A DNA stretch of 64,000 bases from Nitrospirota bacterium (GTDB taxonomy: Bacteria > Nitrospirota > Nitrospiria > Nitrospirales > Nitrospiraceae). The notes beneath the pieces were generated by a model, which had not been told where the DNA came from, made no database searches, and saw nothing but the letters and a program-made list of their open reading frames with translations. How positions within the stretch are numbered: the stretch's first letter is position 1; each line of letters opens with the position of its first letter. The stretch is from assembly GCA_963703955.1 (NCBI GenBank), contig CAVPGK010000006.1, forward strand, positions 96,001-160,000. Reading direction: 5' to 3'. Position numbers and translations under genes: made by a program. Positions 21,272 through 30,798 of the stretch are shown here, one piece after another.

Positions 21272-22825
21272 TCATAGGCGTCTCAGTTCTACAAGGCTCT
21301 GCTCGATCTCCCTGATTCGGTCGACAGACTTTCTCAGAACATCTTGATTTCTAATTGATTTTAGGTTTGTTTTGACATTTTCAAGTCCCCCCTCGATTGC
21401 CGCCAGCGCCATCAACAGGCCTACCTTGAGATCAGAGGCCACCGAGGGCTTCGCTAAAGGGATGAGATTGCGCAAGAGCGACGCCGTTTCAGTCGACAAC
21501 GTCGCGGTCTCTAATGGCACCTCCGTGGCGGTCGCGAGATTCGCAGAAATCGTGGTCGCTCTGGCAGGATCCTCCTTGGGCATTCGATATGCCGCCACAA
21601 CACCGGCGTAAGCATCCGCATCGGACTGTATCAAGTGTTGGAGGTCGGCTCTCAGCGCCAGAAGTCGCTGTTCCACCGCGACCAATTCGGGTGCCGCAGC
21701 CGTTTGGGTCGGCTTGCCAGAATCAGCAGGAGGACCAATCCTACAAACCATGATCCCCAATGCGGCCGCAACCGCTCCGGCAAACGCCGCGACGCTCCCT
21801 CCACCGGGCGTTGGTGTTCCAGCCGACACCGCCTCCAGAAAGGAGGAAACGGACACATCGAGGGATTGGGTGCTGCCGGCTGGAGTCCTATCGTCTCCTG
21901 CCGCGTGCTTCGATTCACGAGCCAACACTAGCTCTAAACGAGTCTCCAATACCTGAGTCGGATCGAAATGTTCGAGCTTGAGGAAGGATCCCGACACCTG
22001 TATCAGAGCTCGCTGGGGGACCAGCCCGATCACTTCGCTTCCGACGACCTCCACACCACGAAGGTTTGCCTCCCGCGCCACAGCTCCAAACGCCACATGG
22101 ATCGGCGTCTCTTCGAAATTCGTCAGGTTCATTGAGACCTGCACGAGGCTGCGGCTTTTCAATTCCACACCGATCGCTTTCACATAGGGCAACCCACCGC
22201 TGGAGAATCTGACCGTCTTGGCAATCGCTTTGGCTACAGAAAGGTCATTGGTCTGCAGATTGACGTTGTAGGCGATCAACGGTGGCCTCGCGCCCACAAC
22301 CGTCGCCCCCGCAGTGGCATGGAGATGCGGCGGACCGAAATCCGGCGCCCAGGCTTTGTCGGTTTGCATACGCTCGGCAAGCCCTTCCAGCCCTCCTCGC
22401 CGAATAACTTCTAGGTTTGCACGGTCGGATTTGGTTGCTGCCCGTTCGTAGAGAAAGACCGGAACGTTGAGCACGCGTCCGATCCGTTCTCCAACTCGTC
22501 TGGCCAGAGCGACGCAATCCTCCATGGTCACGCCGCGAATCGGCACGAACGGCACCACGTCCGTCGCACCCACGCGCGGATGCCCGCCCTGGTGGACTCG
22601 AAGGTCGATGAGATCGGTCGCCGCGCGAGTCGCCTGGAAGGCTGCTTCAGCGACCGCGTCAGGCGCGCCGACAAAGGTCAGCACCGCCCGGTGATGGTCC
22701 TGATCCATCTCCTCATCAATGAGAAAGACACCCCGCACGGCACGGATGGCCGTCACGAGCGTGCGTACGGTCTCGGCGTTACGTCCTTCGCTGAAATTCG
22801 GCACACATTCAACAAGCGATTCCAT
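21272..22825 (-). CDS. ftcd: Bifunctional glutamate formiminotransferase / formiminotetrahydrofolate cyclodeaminase
   Basis: LVECVPNFSEGR, HQGGHPRVGATDVVPF, C-terminal PTPGGGSVAA cyclodeaminase domain. Confidence 0.93.
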   Translation of the reverse strand: MESLVECVPNFSEGRNAETVRTLVTAIRAVRGVFLIDEEMDQDHHRAVLTFVGAPDAVAEAAFQATRAATDLIDLRVHQGGHPRVGATDVVPFVPIRGVTMEDCVALARRVGERIGRVLNVPVFLYERAATKSDRANLEVIRRGGLEGLAERMQTDKAWAPDFGPPHLHATAGATVVGARPPLIAYNVNLQTNDLSVAKAIAKTVRFSSGGLPYVKAIGVELKSRSLVQVSMNLTNFEETPIHVAFGAVAREANLRGVEVVGSEVIGLVPQRALIQVSGSFLKLEHFDPTQVLETRLELVLARESKHAAGDDRTPAGSTQSLDVSVSSFLEAVSAGTPTPGGGSVAAFAGAVAAALGIMVCRIGPPADSGKPTQTAAAPELVAVEQRLLALRADLQHLIQSDADAYAGVVAAYRMPKEDPARATTISANLATATEVPLETATLSTETASLLRNLIPLAKPSVASDLKVGLLMALAAIEGGLENVKTNLKSIRNQDVLRKSVDRIREIEQSLVELRRL

Positions 22826-22894
22826 AGCTCTCCGTCTTATGCACGCAGCTCTTAGCCATCGGCGTCAGCAAAGATAAAACCGCCATCAGGGAAT

Positions 22895-24238
22895 TTATCT
22901 GGACCATACGACACGCCCTTTTTTTACAACCGTCTCGCAGTGGTTCATGCCGAAGTAATAGGGAATCTCTCGGTAATCGGATACGTCCATGATCACCAGA
23001 TCCGCCTGCTTTCCGACTTCGAGCGATCCCAGCCGATCCCCGAGACCGACCGCGTGAGCCCCATTGATCGTGGCGGCCGAGATGGTCTCGGCCGGGCTCA
23101 TGCGCATTTGAGAGCAGGCCAGCGACAGGATCATCTGCATGTTGAGGGTGGGTGAGCTTCCGGGGTTGAAGTTGGTAGCCAGGGCGACGGGAATTCCCCC
23201 TTCGATCAATCGTCGGGCCGGCGGATAGGCCGTCATCCCCAGATGCAACACACTGCCGGGAAGCAAAGTAGCAATGGTTCCTGCGCGTCGCAATTCAGAC
23301 ATGTCAGCCTTCTTGACATGATCCAGATGATCGACGGACACGGCCTGAAGCGCCGCTGCCATGCGCGCTCCCCCGGAATGAACCAACTGCTCCGCATGCA
23401 GCTTCAACTTCAACCCGGCGCGGGATGCCGCGTTCAAAATATCCCTCGCCTCAGCCACCGAAAAATAGCCGCGGTCGCAAAACGCATCGCAAAACGTCGC
23501 GAATCCCAGACGCGCCGCCGTCGGGATCAATTGTTCAGTCACGAGCTTGATAAATTGCTGGCGCTGGCGCGGGCTTCTGAAGCGGGCCGGAACGTCGTGA
23601 ATGAGGAGCGTGGGCACAAGGTCAATGCTGCTGCGAGCCGCGACAGTCTTGATGACTCGAAGCATCTTCCGCTCTTGAGCGATCTCGAGCCCGTATCCAC
23701 TCTTTACCTCAGCTGTTGTGGTGCCATATTGAATAAAGAGTCGAATGACCTTCATGAGGTGTTCGACGAGTACCGCTCCGCTTGTCGACCGCATCTTTTT
23801 CGCGCTCGCTTGAATACCGCCTCCGAGCTTGGCAATCTCTTCATAGGATGCTCCGCGCAGACGGGCGGTGTATTCGTCGAGACGAGGCGCGGCGAAGAGG
23901 GCATGGGTATGGGAATCAACGAACCCCGGCAGCACCACCTTGCCCCGCGCATCCAGAGACGCAGTCCGGCGAGCCATGGGGTTGCGAATGACATGGGATT
24001 GCGGGCCCACGACTTGGACCGTCCGGCCTCGGATCAAAAGCGCGCCGTTGCGGATCAGGCCGAGATCCGACAGTTCACGTTCCGCGCGCGGACGTCTCGG
24101 CCCGCGAAGGGTCAGAAGTTGGCCGCAATTGACAACGAGGAGATCATGTCCCGTTGGCACCGGGTTACGACCCTCGATAAATCGACTGGTGTGATCGTCC
24201 GGCAGCGTCAGCGGTGGTACCGTAAAGGTGTCGCTCAC
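22895..24238 (-). CDS. hutI: Imidazolonepropionase
   Basis: PGFVDSHTH, GGGI, EVKSGYGL, HAEQ, NFNPGSS. Confidence 0.93.
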   Translation of the reverse strand: MSDTFTVPPLTLPDDHTSRFIEGRNPVPTGHDLLVVNCGQLLTLRGPRRPRAERELSDLGLIRNGALLIRGRTVQVVGPQSHVIRNPMARRTASLDARGKVVLPGFVDSHTHALFAAPRLDEYTARLRGASYEEIAKLGGGIQASAKKMRSTSGAVLVEHLMKVIRLFIQYGTTTAEVKSGYGLEIAQERKMLRVIKTVAARSSIDLVPTLLIHDVPARFRSPRQRQQFIKLVTEQLIPTAARLGFATFCDAFCDRGYFSVAEARDILNAASRAGLKLKLHAEQLVHSGGARMAAALQAVSVDHLDHVKKADMSELRRAGTIATLLPGSVLHLGMTAYPPARRLIEGGIPVALATNFNPGSSPTLNMQMILSLACSQMRMSPAETISAATINGAHAVGLGDRLGSLEVGKQADLVIMDVSDYREIPYYFGMNHCETVVKKGRVVWSR

Positions 24239-24316
24239 GCGAAGTCAAGCTATGCTGGCCGCGCCAACCTGGGAAGACCGAACGACAGACCTACCCTGAT
24301 CGGTCGAGTAATACGC

Positions 24317-24676
24317 TCATCGTGTTCCGGTCAGCGCGCAGGTCGCGCATCCTTCCCGAGTGCAGTGCCAGTCCAAGCCATGAACGCCTGATGGAGGCGA
24401 GGCATTATCGGTGGGATGGTAGCGGTGATACCACGTGTGCTCGAGATCGTAGGCTTCATTGACCGAGGCGGTGTAGGCGAACCAGAAATATCGGTAGCCG
24501 GAGTCTCTGGTGCATCGTCGAATCGCACCGGCAAGGTCATCCGGACTTGCCCCCACGAGATCAGCGGACCTTCCGTTTCTGGATAGAATGAACGCACCCG
24601 CCGACTTGTCTCTTAAAAAGAGATGGAGATACCTTAGAGCAAAGGGTCCCGAAATCTTCCCCCGTTTGCTATTCAT
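24317..24676 (-). CDS. Small GIY-YIG-like protein with C-terminal Cys cluster
   Basis: GAFIL…LVGAS…YRYFWFAY…EHTWYH…DN…WHC…GCATC pattern. Confidence 0.6.
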   Translation of the reverse strand: MNSKRGKISGPFALRYLHLFLRDKSAGAFILSRNGRSADLVGASPDDLAGAIRRCTRDSGYRYFWFAYTASVNEAYDLEHTWYHRYHPTDNASPPSGVHGLDWHCTREGCATCALTGTR

Positions 24677-24694
24677 ACAGTGCGCTGCGAACAC

Positions 24695-25051
24695 CTATGA
24701 GCTCGTACTGAGACTGCCTATCTCCACATTGAATCGGACAATCTCGATCTTCGAGAGTGTCGCCAAGAGACTTACAGGGCTTGTGATAAGAAGATCTCTC
24801 CGCACAAAGAGGACCGCCCGACTCGCATGGGCACGTGAAAGCACACGTCGCAGATGACTGATTTCGGATAGCAAGAGCTGCGGGTGATTGTGCGTAAACA
24901 CCACAATCCGCTCCAGGGACGATTGCACGACCAGGCCATCGGACAGCCCCTGCGCTGTGATCGGCTCAACCTGTAAGTCATCCTGTCCGATCACCATCTT
25001 GTCTGCGGTCTGAGGAATCCATCCACGGGAAAGGGCCATCGTGACACTCAT
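24695..25051 (-). CDS. Hypothetical protein
   Basis: Strong AAGGAGGT RBS; co-oriented with and adjacent to the downstream gene. Confidence 0.6.
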   Translation of the reverse strand: MSVTMALSRGWIPQTADKMVIGQDDLQVEPITAQGLSDGLVVQSSLERIVVFTHNHPQLLLSEISHLRRVLSRAHASRAVLFVRRDLLITSPVSLLATLSKIEIVRFNVEIGSLSTSS

Positions 25052-25301
25052 CGTCCACCTCCTTGGTTACACGACCAAGCCATGCTCATTTCGAAAGAAG
25101 CTATTCTCGGAGTATCGAATCTGCGTGATCTGGGCCGAAGAGAGTAAAGCCTTGGAAGCCACGGAGTCGATTGCTGCCGACGGGAAAGAGTCTGGTAAGT
25201 GGGACCCAAGAGTGACACGCCGGATCGCCCACAAGTGCCGCCGTCCAACCGCCATCCCTCAACCCCCCAGGGTGTGAGAATGGAATGCCGAGGCTTTGTG
25301 G

Positions 25302-25330
25302 CTAATACAAGGGTCTTGGCGGGATGTCAA
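25302..25330 (-). promoter_or_regulatory. Putative sigma70 promoter with ~250-nt leader
   Basis: Minus strand TTGACA-17nt-TATTAG. Confidence 0.55.
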
Positions 25331-25432
25331 GCAGAAAATACAAGATAATGGGTAGAATAAGCGTTAGATCTCCAATATCTTGTGGGTATCATGATGGAAA
25401 GCTGTTGACACTCAAGGGGTGAACTGTGGATG

Positions 25433-25467
25433 AAAAAGAGCCGGAGACGTGGTATCTCCGGCTCTTT
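25433..25467 (-). terminator. Intrinsic terminator after tusA
   Basis: AAAGAGCCGGAGA-loop-TCTCCGGCTCTTT stem, U-tract on the minus strand. Confidence 0.8.
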
Positions 25468-25483
25468 CAGACTTAACTATCTG

Positions 25484-25732
25484 TTATCGCGGCGCTTTTT
25501 TGACAAACGCTTTGTAGATCCGTTTGGAGTCGAGTCCTTCCTCTTCTAAAGCGACCATTTCATGGCCGGTGGTTTGGCACCATGCCGGCATGTCCTTTTT
25601 GATGCCTTCGTCGTCTGACAGGACCTCCAACACTTGTCCCGGGGATAGTTCTTTGATTTTTTTCGACGTCATGATAATCGGCATCGGGCAGAAGTATCCT
25701 AGCGTATCCAACTTGACATCGGCTTGTATCAT
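25484..25732 (-). CDS. tusA: Sulfurtransferase TusA family
   Basis: LDTLGYFCPMP, DDEG..KDMPAWC. Confidence 0.92.
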   Translation of the reverse strand: MIQADVKLDTLGYFCPMPIIMTSKKIKELSPGQVLEVLSDDEGIKKDMPAWCQTTGHEMVALEEEGLDSKRIYKAFVKKAPR

Positions 25733-25813
25733 GACTTCTCCTCTGCAAGCAGCGCATAGCTCATTGAATCGCTCGATCTTTGTTGCCGGCCGCTTGCTAT
25801 TTGCTTCGAGGCG

Positions 25814-26344
25814 TCAGACGAACAGATTGACGCTCCCGTGCCGCGCCTCTGCAAGATAGGTCGTCACCCCGGCCAACTGATCGACACCATCGATCAAGGT
25901 ATCCTTTGTAATCCCCATGAGGCCCATTGTGGTCGTGCACGCAATAAACTTGACTCCGAGTTCTTGCGCCGTTTCAATCAACTCCGGCACGCCCGGCATG
26001 CGATTGTCGCGCATCACTCGCTTCATCATCGCCGTGCCAACCCCCCAAAAATGAAATTTTGATAAGGGAAGGGTCTCTGCACCGCCCTTGTTGAGCTTCC
26101 CGAACATTCGACGCAGCCAATCCTTGGCTGCGCTGGTCGCACCTCGTCGTCGAATCGCGTTCAAACCCCAAAAGGTAAAGAACATGGTCACCTGCATACC
26201 CATTGCCGCAGCCCCTGTGGCAATGATCAACGAAGCCATCACGCGATCCATGTCTCCGCTCAACACGACGATCGTTACTCGATCCGGTTTGGTCTCTTGC
26301 AATTCGGCGAGCGCTGTCGCTGGTTCCAATTTTGTCGCAATCAT
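25814..26344 (-). CDS. DsrE2-type sulfur carrier
   Basis: SGDMD…IATGAAAMG…FFTFWG…IACTTTMGLMG. Confidence 0.88.
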   Translation of the reverse strand: MIATKLEPATALAELQETKPDRVTIVVLSGDMDRVMASLIIATGAAAMGMQVTMFFTFWGLNAIRRRGATSAAKDWLRRMFGKLNKGGAETLPLSKFHFWGVGTAMMKRVMRDNRMPGVPELIETAQELGVKFIACTTTMGLMGITKDTLIDGVDQLAGVTTYLAEARHGSVNLFV

Positions 26345-26515
26345 GATCTCACCTCTTGACTACGCGTCGGAAGATTCCGGGTAGGAAGCGGGAATTGGGC
26401 GAAATCTACTATATTATGTGGTTCTTTTTCTTGTCAAGGTAACCAACCGTGTGCGCCGCTCCTTTCCATCTCAGAGGGCTTGCGCTCGCCGTTTCGTCTG
26501 TGATTTAACGCCTCC

Positions 26516-27181
26516 ATGACCACCGGTCGATACAGGCTTCTCATCCTCGCGACGCTCATCCTTTCGGTTCTGGGTGACACCTGGTCGAATAGTTCGGCTG
26601 ACCCTCATCACTTCGCCACGGTTTCGGCGCTGGGGGTCAGTTCAAGAGATGGCCACGCCATCGGCAACGTCCACTATATCGCCATTCAATTAGACCAGGA
26701 CCTCCAGGGTCAGGGACCGAGGGTCCTGTTCAGCGAAATCTCGCGGGGATCGGCCGTCGGTGATGACTGGAAGGAAGGGGTTCGGGTGGCAACGGTTGCA
26801 GCGGCCAATGTCTTAGGGCAGGATTATCGAAACTGGATCGTTACGATCAAAAATCGCACCAACAGCAGCCTCACGGACGGATCCAGTTCCAGCGGGGCTG
26901 TGGCAGTCGGCATCATGGCCGCATGGCGGGGGGCCACCATGCGATCAGACGTGGTGCTCACCGGGGTGGTGACACCTCAAGGAAAGCTTACAGAAGTCGA
27001 TGCCTTACCGACCAAGCTCGAAGGGGCCGCTGGCGCTCATATGCGCACCATGCTCGTGCCAAGAGGCCAAGCGCGCACCTCAGAATGGGACCTGTTTGAA
27101 CAGGGAAGACAGCGAAACGTCACAGTCATCGAGGTGGAATCGATCTCGGAGGCCTATGAGCTCATGATATCTTCGCCCTGA
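26516..27181 (+). CDS. Exported Lon-protease C-terminal (S16) domain protein
   Basis: DGSSS Ser region, LTG, and LPTK Lys of the Ser-Lys dyad; no ATPase domain; signal peptide. Confidence 0.75.
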   Translation: MTTGRYRLLILATLILSVLGDTWSNSSADPHHFATVSALGVSSRDGHAIGNVHYIAIQLDQDLQGQGPRVLFSEISRGSAVGDDWKEGVRVATVAAANVLGQDYRNWIVTIKNRTNSSLTDGSSSSGAVAVGIMAAWRGATMRSDVVLTGVVTPQGKLTEVDALPTKLEGAAGAHMRTMLVPRGQARTSEWDLFEQGRQRNVTVIEVESISEAYELMISSP

Positions 27182-27193
27182 CCCGGCCTGATC

Positions 27194-29185
27194 TCAGTTA
27201 CCCGCTAGGAGTCCGATTGCCCGCTGAATCTGATCGCGGGAACCCATCAGCACCACCACATCTCCCGCGTTCAAATGGGTCTTCTCAGACAGATTGGATT
27301 CTGTCACGCCCGCTCGAGTCAGGGCAATGACAGAGGCGCCTGTTCGGGGCCAAATCGACAGCTGTGCCAACGTCTTCCCTACTGCTGGAGAATCATGTTC
27401 GACACGGCACGTCTCGACTTCTACATCGGTCAGAGTTCCCCCTCTGAGATGATGAGCCAATTCCGGCAAGCTGCCGCGCCGGAGCAAGGCGTACCCTTCT
27501 CTACGCACCTGTTCCGCTTTATGGACGATGAAGTCCTGTGGCAGCTTGTAGGTGCGGAGCACCAAGGCAAAGATCTCAATCGACGTCTCAAACTCTTCCG
27601 GCACCACTTCATCTGCACCCAGCTGATGGAGCTCGTCAAGCTCCCTCAGATATCGCGTTCGCACAATAATGTGTAGGCTCTTATTGAGTCCTCGTGCAAT
27701 CTGGACCGTGCGTCGTGTGGAAAAAGGATCGGAAATGGCGATCACGAACACCCGTGCATCGTCGATCCGCAAGTGACGGAGCACGCCGGGATTGGTCGCA
27801 TCTCCGTAGTAGATCGGAACGCCGGTCTTGGATTCTCGCCGTACCTTCTCGCCATCCAGATCCACGACGACGTAGGGAATTTCCGTCTCCTGGAGGACTC
27901 GCGCCAGGTTGCGGCCATTCAATCCATATCCCATCACGATCACATGATCCTTGATGCGGAGATGGAACGATTCTCGGTCGCCAGCCGTGATTCTGGCCGG
28001 GATCCAGTGGCGCAGGCGCTGAATGGCCTCAGCGCGCCTTGCGATCTTGGGCGCCGCTTGAACGAGGAACGGGGTCAAGACCATGGTGAGTACAGACACC
28101 GCCAGGAACAGCTGATAGGCAGTGTCAGAAAGCAGTCCGGCTTCTTGTCCTTCTTGCGACAAGATAAACGCAAACTCTCCGACCTGCGCCAGCGCAATCC
28201 CAGCCAGGATCGCGGTTCGGGGAGATTGGCCGGCTGCCAGAACCGGACCGGCACCGGTGACAAATTTCCCAATCAGCACGGCCCCGACCAACGCGATCAC
28301 CAGCATCGGGTGGTCGAGTACCACACGCGCGTCCATCAACATTCCAATCGAAACAAAGAACAGGCTGTTGAAGCTGTCCCGAAACGGCAGCACTTCCGCC
28401 ATAGCCTGGTGGCTGTATTCGGACTCCGAGATCACCAACCCGGCGATGAACGCTCCCAGGGCAAGCGACAACCCGCTCAGCGAAGTGAGCAAGGCAATCC
28501 CAAGGCACAGGACGATGATGGTCAGCAGGAACAACTCACGGCTGCGGCTTCTGACGATCTGTTCGAGCAACCTAGGGACTATGAACCATGCTGCTGCCAC
28601 AATGATCCCGACCAGAACCGCCGATTTTGCGAGCACCAGGAGGAGATCGCCGGTGGCGCCCTCTGTGCTTCTGGCAAGCAGGGGAGTCAACAGCATCATC
28701 GGCACGACCGCCAAGTCTTGGAAGATCAGGATACCGATGGTCACACGCCCCTGAGGGGAATCGGATTCCCCTCGATCCGCCAGCACTTTCAATACAATCG
28801 CTGTGCTGCTCAAGGAGAGCAAGCAGCCCCAGAAGATCGCCTGGCCGACAGGCAGCTCGGCCATTGTGCCAATGATCGCCACCAGCAGGACCACGCTTCC
28901 GACCTGCAGCGGGCCTCCGATCATCAGCACGCGGCGCGAGGCCGCCAGATGCGCGAGCGAAAACTCGATGCCAATGGTGAACAGCAGCAGCACTACACCG
29001 ATCTCGGCGAGGAACTTGATCAGCTCAAGGTCGGAGACTAGGTTCAATCCGTAGGGACCGATGAGCGCCCCCGCCGCCAAGAATCCGGCGATGGACGGCA
29101 AGCGAACCTGTTGGAAGAGAAAGACCACGGCGATCGAAACCGTGAAGATCACCAACAGGTCGCTGAGCACATGGGTTTCGGTCAC
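27194..29185 (-). CDS. Kef-type K+/H+ antiporter (CPA2) with TrkA-N and TrkA-C domains
   Basis: SLSSTAIV, LIFQDL, GYGLNG, YGDAT, RCK-C domain. Confidence 0.92.
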   Translation of the reverse strand: MTETHVLSDLLVIFTVSIAVVFLFQQVRLPSIAGFLAAGALIGPYGLNLVSDLELIKFLAEIGVVLLLFTIGIEFSLAHLAASRRVLMIGGPLQVGSVVLLVAIIGTMAELPVGQAIFWGCLLSLSSTAIVLKVLADRGESDSPQGRVTIGILIFQDLAVVPMMLLTPLLARSTEGATGDLLLVLAKSAVLVGIIVAAAWFIVPRLLEQIVRSRSRELFLLTIIVLCLGIALLTSLSGLSLALGAFIAGLVISESEYSHQAMAEVLPFRDSFNSLFFVSIGMLMDARVVLDHPMLVIALVGAVLIGKFVTGAGPVLAAGQSPRTAILAGIALAQVGEFAFILSQEGQEAGLLSDTAYQLFLAVSVLTMVLTPFLVQAAPKIARRAEAIQRLRHWIPARITAGDRESFHLRIKDHVIVMGYGLNGRNLARVLQETEIPYVVVDLDGEKVRRESKTGVPIYYGDATNPGVLRHLRIDDARVFVIAISDPFSTRRTVQIARGLNKSLHIIVRTRYLRELDELHQLGADEVVPEEFETSIEIFALVLRTYKLPQDFIVHKAEQVRREGYALLRRGSLPELAHHLRGGTLTDVEVETCRVEHDSPAVGKTLAQLSIWPRTGASVIALTRAGVTESNLSEKTHLNAGDVVVLMGSRDQIQRAIGLLAGN

Positions 29186-29612
29186 GATCCCTCCGGCGTT
29201 GAGTGCCTGTTCGGAGATAGGCGTAGAATACAGGAGGGACGGGAAGCGGGCAAGGAGCCCCTAGCCAGGATTTTTCGCCGTCGCGAGGTCCGAGACAGGC
29301 GGAATAACGCGCGTCAAGTTTGCGTATGCCGCCGAGTGGTGAGGCGGCTGTATCTTGTTGAGACTGAAGCGCGCCGGGGCTAAAGGTCGCCGCCGCCAGC
29401 ACGTATCCGGCCGCGCCGCTTACAACTGCGCATGTTGTGCAGCGCTGCCTCGACGCGGCCTCCCTGAAAAAGTTGGAATCTTGGTTCCTCTGATAAACAA
29501 TCGGCGGGTCTGAGGCGGGCTTTTGTGGAATGCTTGGCGCGTTCGTCCTTGTGGAATAAACCACTTAAATGATGTAGCCCTACTAAGAGGCTTTTTAATT
29601 GACAGGTTCGAC

Positions 29613-30142
29613 ATGGCAACTAATCTCAATGAGATTCGTTCCGACATTCATAGGAAAGCCTCTGCCTTTGCCGAGGCTACTGTGTATACTCTCAACAATG
29701 AATACCTGACGCGCATCCAAATGTTGAAGCATGGTACGGACTTCCGATTGGTGTCTTTGGTTACACGGTGCTTGCCTATCTTGCTATTCAAGGCCCGTCC
29801 AAGTATGCGGAAGCTTTCTTACTTGCTTGCCTCAATTGGACTCATAAATTGGTTTTTTCCTTGTGAGCCGGTTCTTAAGGTGGCTTCTTTTTTGCGGGAA
29901 ACTTCCAAAGCATCGTTGATGCAGCCTTCGCGGCCTTCTTCGCCTACAACGGCGCTTGGATACCGGCGGGAATCGGATTGGCATCAGCGTTTGGTCTGTT
30001 AGCCATCATTTCGCCAACGACATACCTCTACACCTTGCTTTCGCCAAAAATGCACCCAAAATACCACTTCGCCAAAAGATATTTTAGAATCCAGTATCCA
30101 TTTGAAAATGATTTGGACAGCGTGGGGACAGACGCCAGCTAA
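29613..30142 (+). pseudogene. AT-richer membrane protein gene broken by frameshifts
   Basis: MATNLNEIR… continues in other frames as HPNVEAWYGLPIGVFG… and GGFFFAGNFQSIVD…SPKMHPKYHFAKRYF…DAS*. Confidence 0.5.
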
Positions 30143-30242
30143 TGATATTTGGTGTTTGTAATCCATTGGACAGATAAACTTGATCTTCCGGCGATAGACC
30201 CACGCATCCATATCCTCGCCCCTATTCGGCAACTCATAGTCA

Positions 30243-30695
30243 CTACACCTTCACACTCTGTTTCAGATCATACCCGGCCTTGGCTGTGCCAAACTGCCAC
30301 GTGACTTTCCTGTAACGCAGTGAGATGGTCTCTGTCGGTCTGGTCTCTCCACTCTGAAAATCGACGGAAACATTCGTCACAAGAACATTTTCCACGGTGA
30401 CTTTGAGATATGTGTCCTTGCCCGATACAAGGGCGATCTCGGCTTTTGGAAATTGCTCCTTAGTTGCACAGGCTTGAGCCAAGGATGGGCTAGACAAATC
30501 CATTTCCTTTAGCAGCGTCAGGTCGGTAAATGCAGTCTTTCTTCCGGACAGTCTATCGCCTTCTTCCCATTCACCTGCCTGACTGACGCCATAGGACATG
30601 GATTGGAACACAATCTGGTCTTCAAAACCCTTGGTTGTTGCGTTGCCTTTGATGCTCCCCAGTTTCAAGAACGCATTTTCTTGCTTCACAGGCAT
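30243..30695 (-). CDS. hcp: Type VI secretion tube protein Hcp (orphan in this window)
   Basis: FLKLGSIKG…FEDQI…DLTLLK..D.SSP.L…ETISLRY…GYDL. Confidence 0.88.
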   Translation of the reverse strand: MPVKQENAFLKLGSIKGNATTKGFEDQIVFQSMSYGVSQAGEWEEGDRLSGRKTAFTDLTLLKEMDLSSPSLAQACATKEQFPKAEIALVSGKDTYLKVTVENVLVTNVSVDFQSGETRPTETISLRYRKVTWQFGTAKAGYDLKQSVKV

Positions 30696-30798
30696 AACGA
30701 ATACCTCCTGTTGTGCTGGTTATTCGCCCTTCGGCACACCGTTAATTATGAAATCTATCGGAAGATTTCAGCCCTTGTCCGAGTTCGCTTCCGGCTCG

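Noticed and set aside
27773..29041. 422-aa plus-strand ORF (likewise 23243-24391 and 31195-32460)
   Set aside because: Antisense shadows of well-supported genes in GC-rich DNA.
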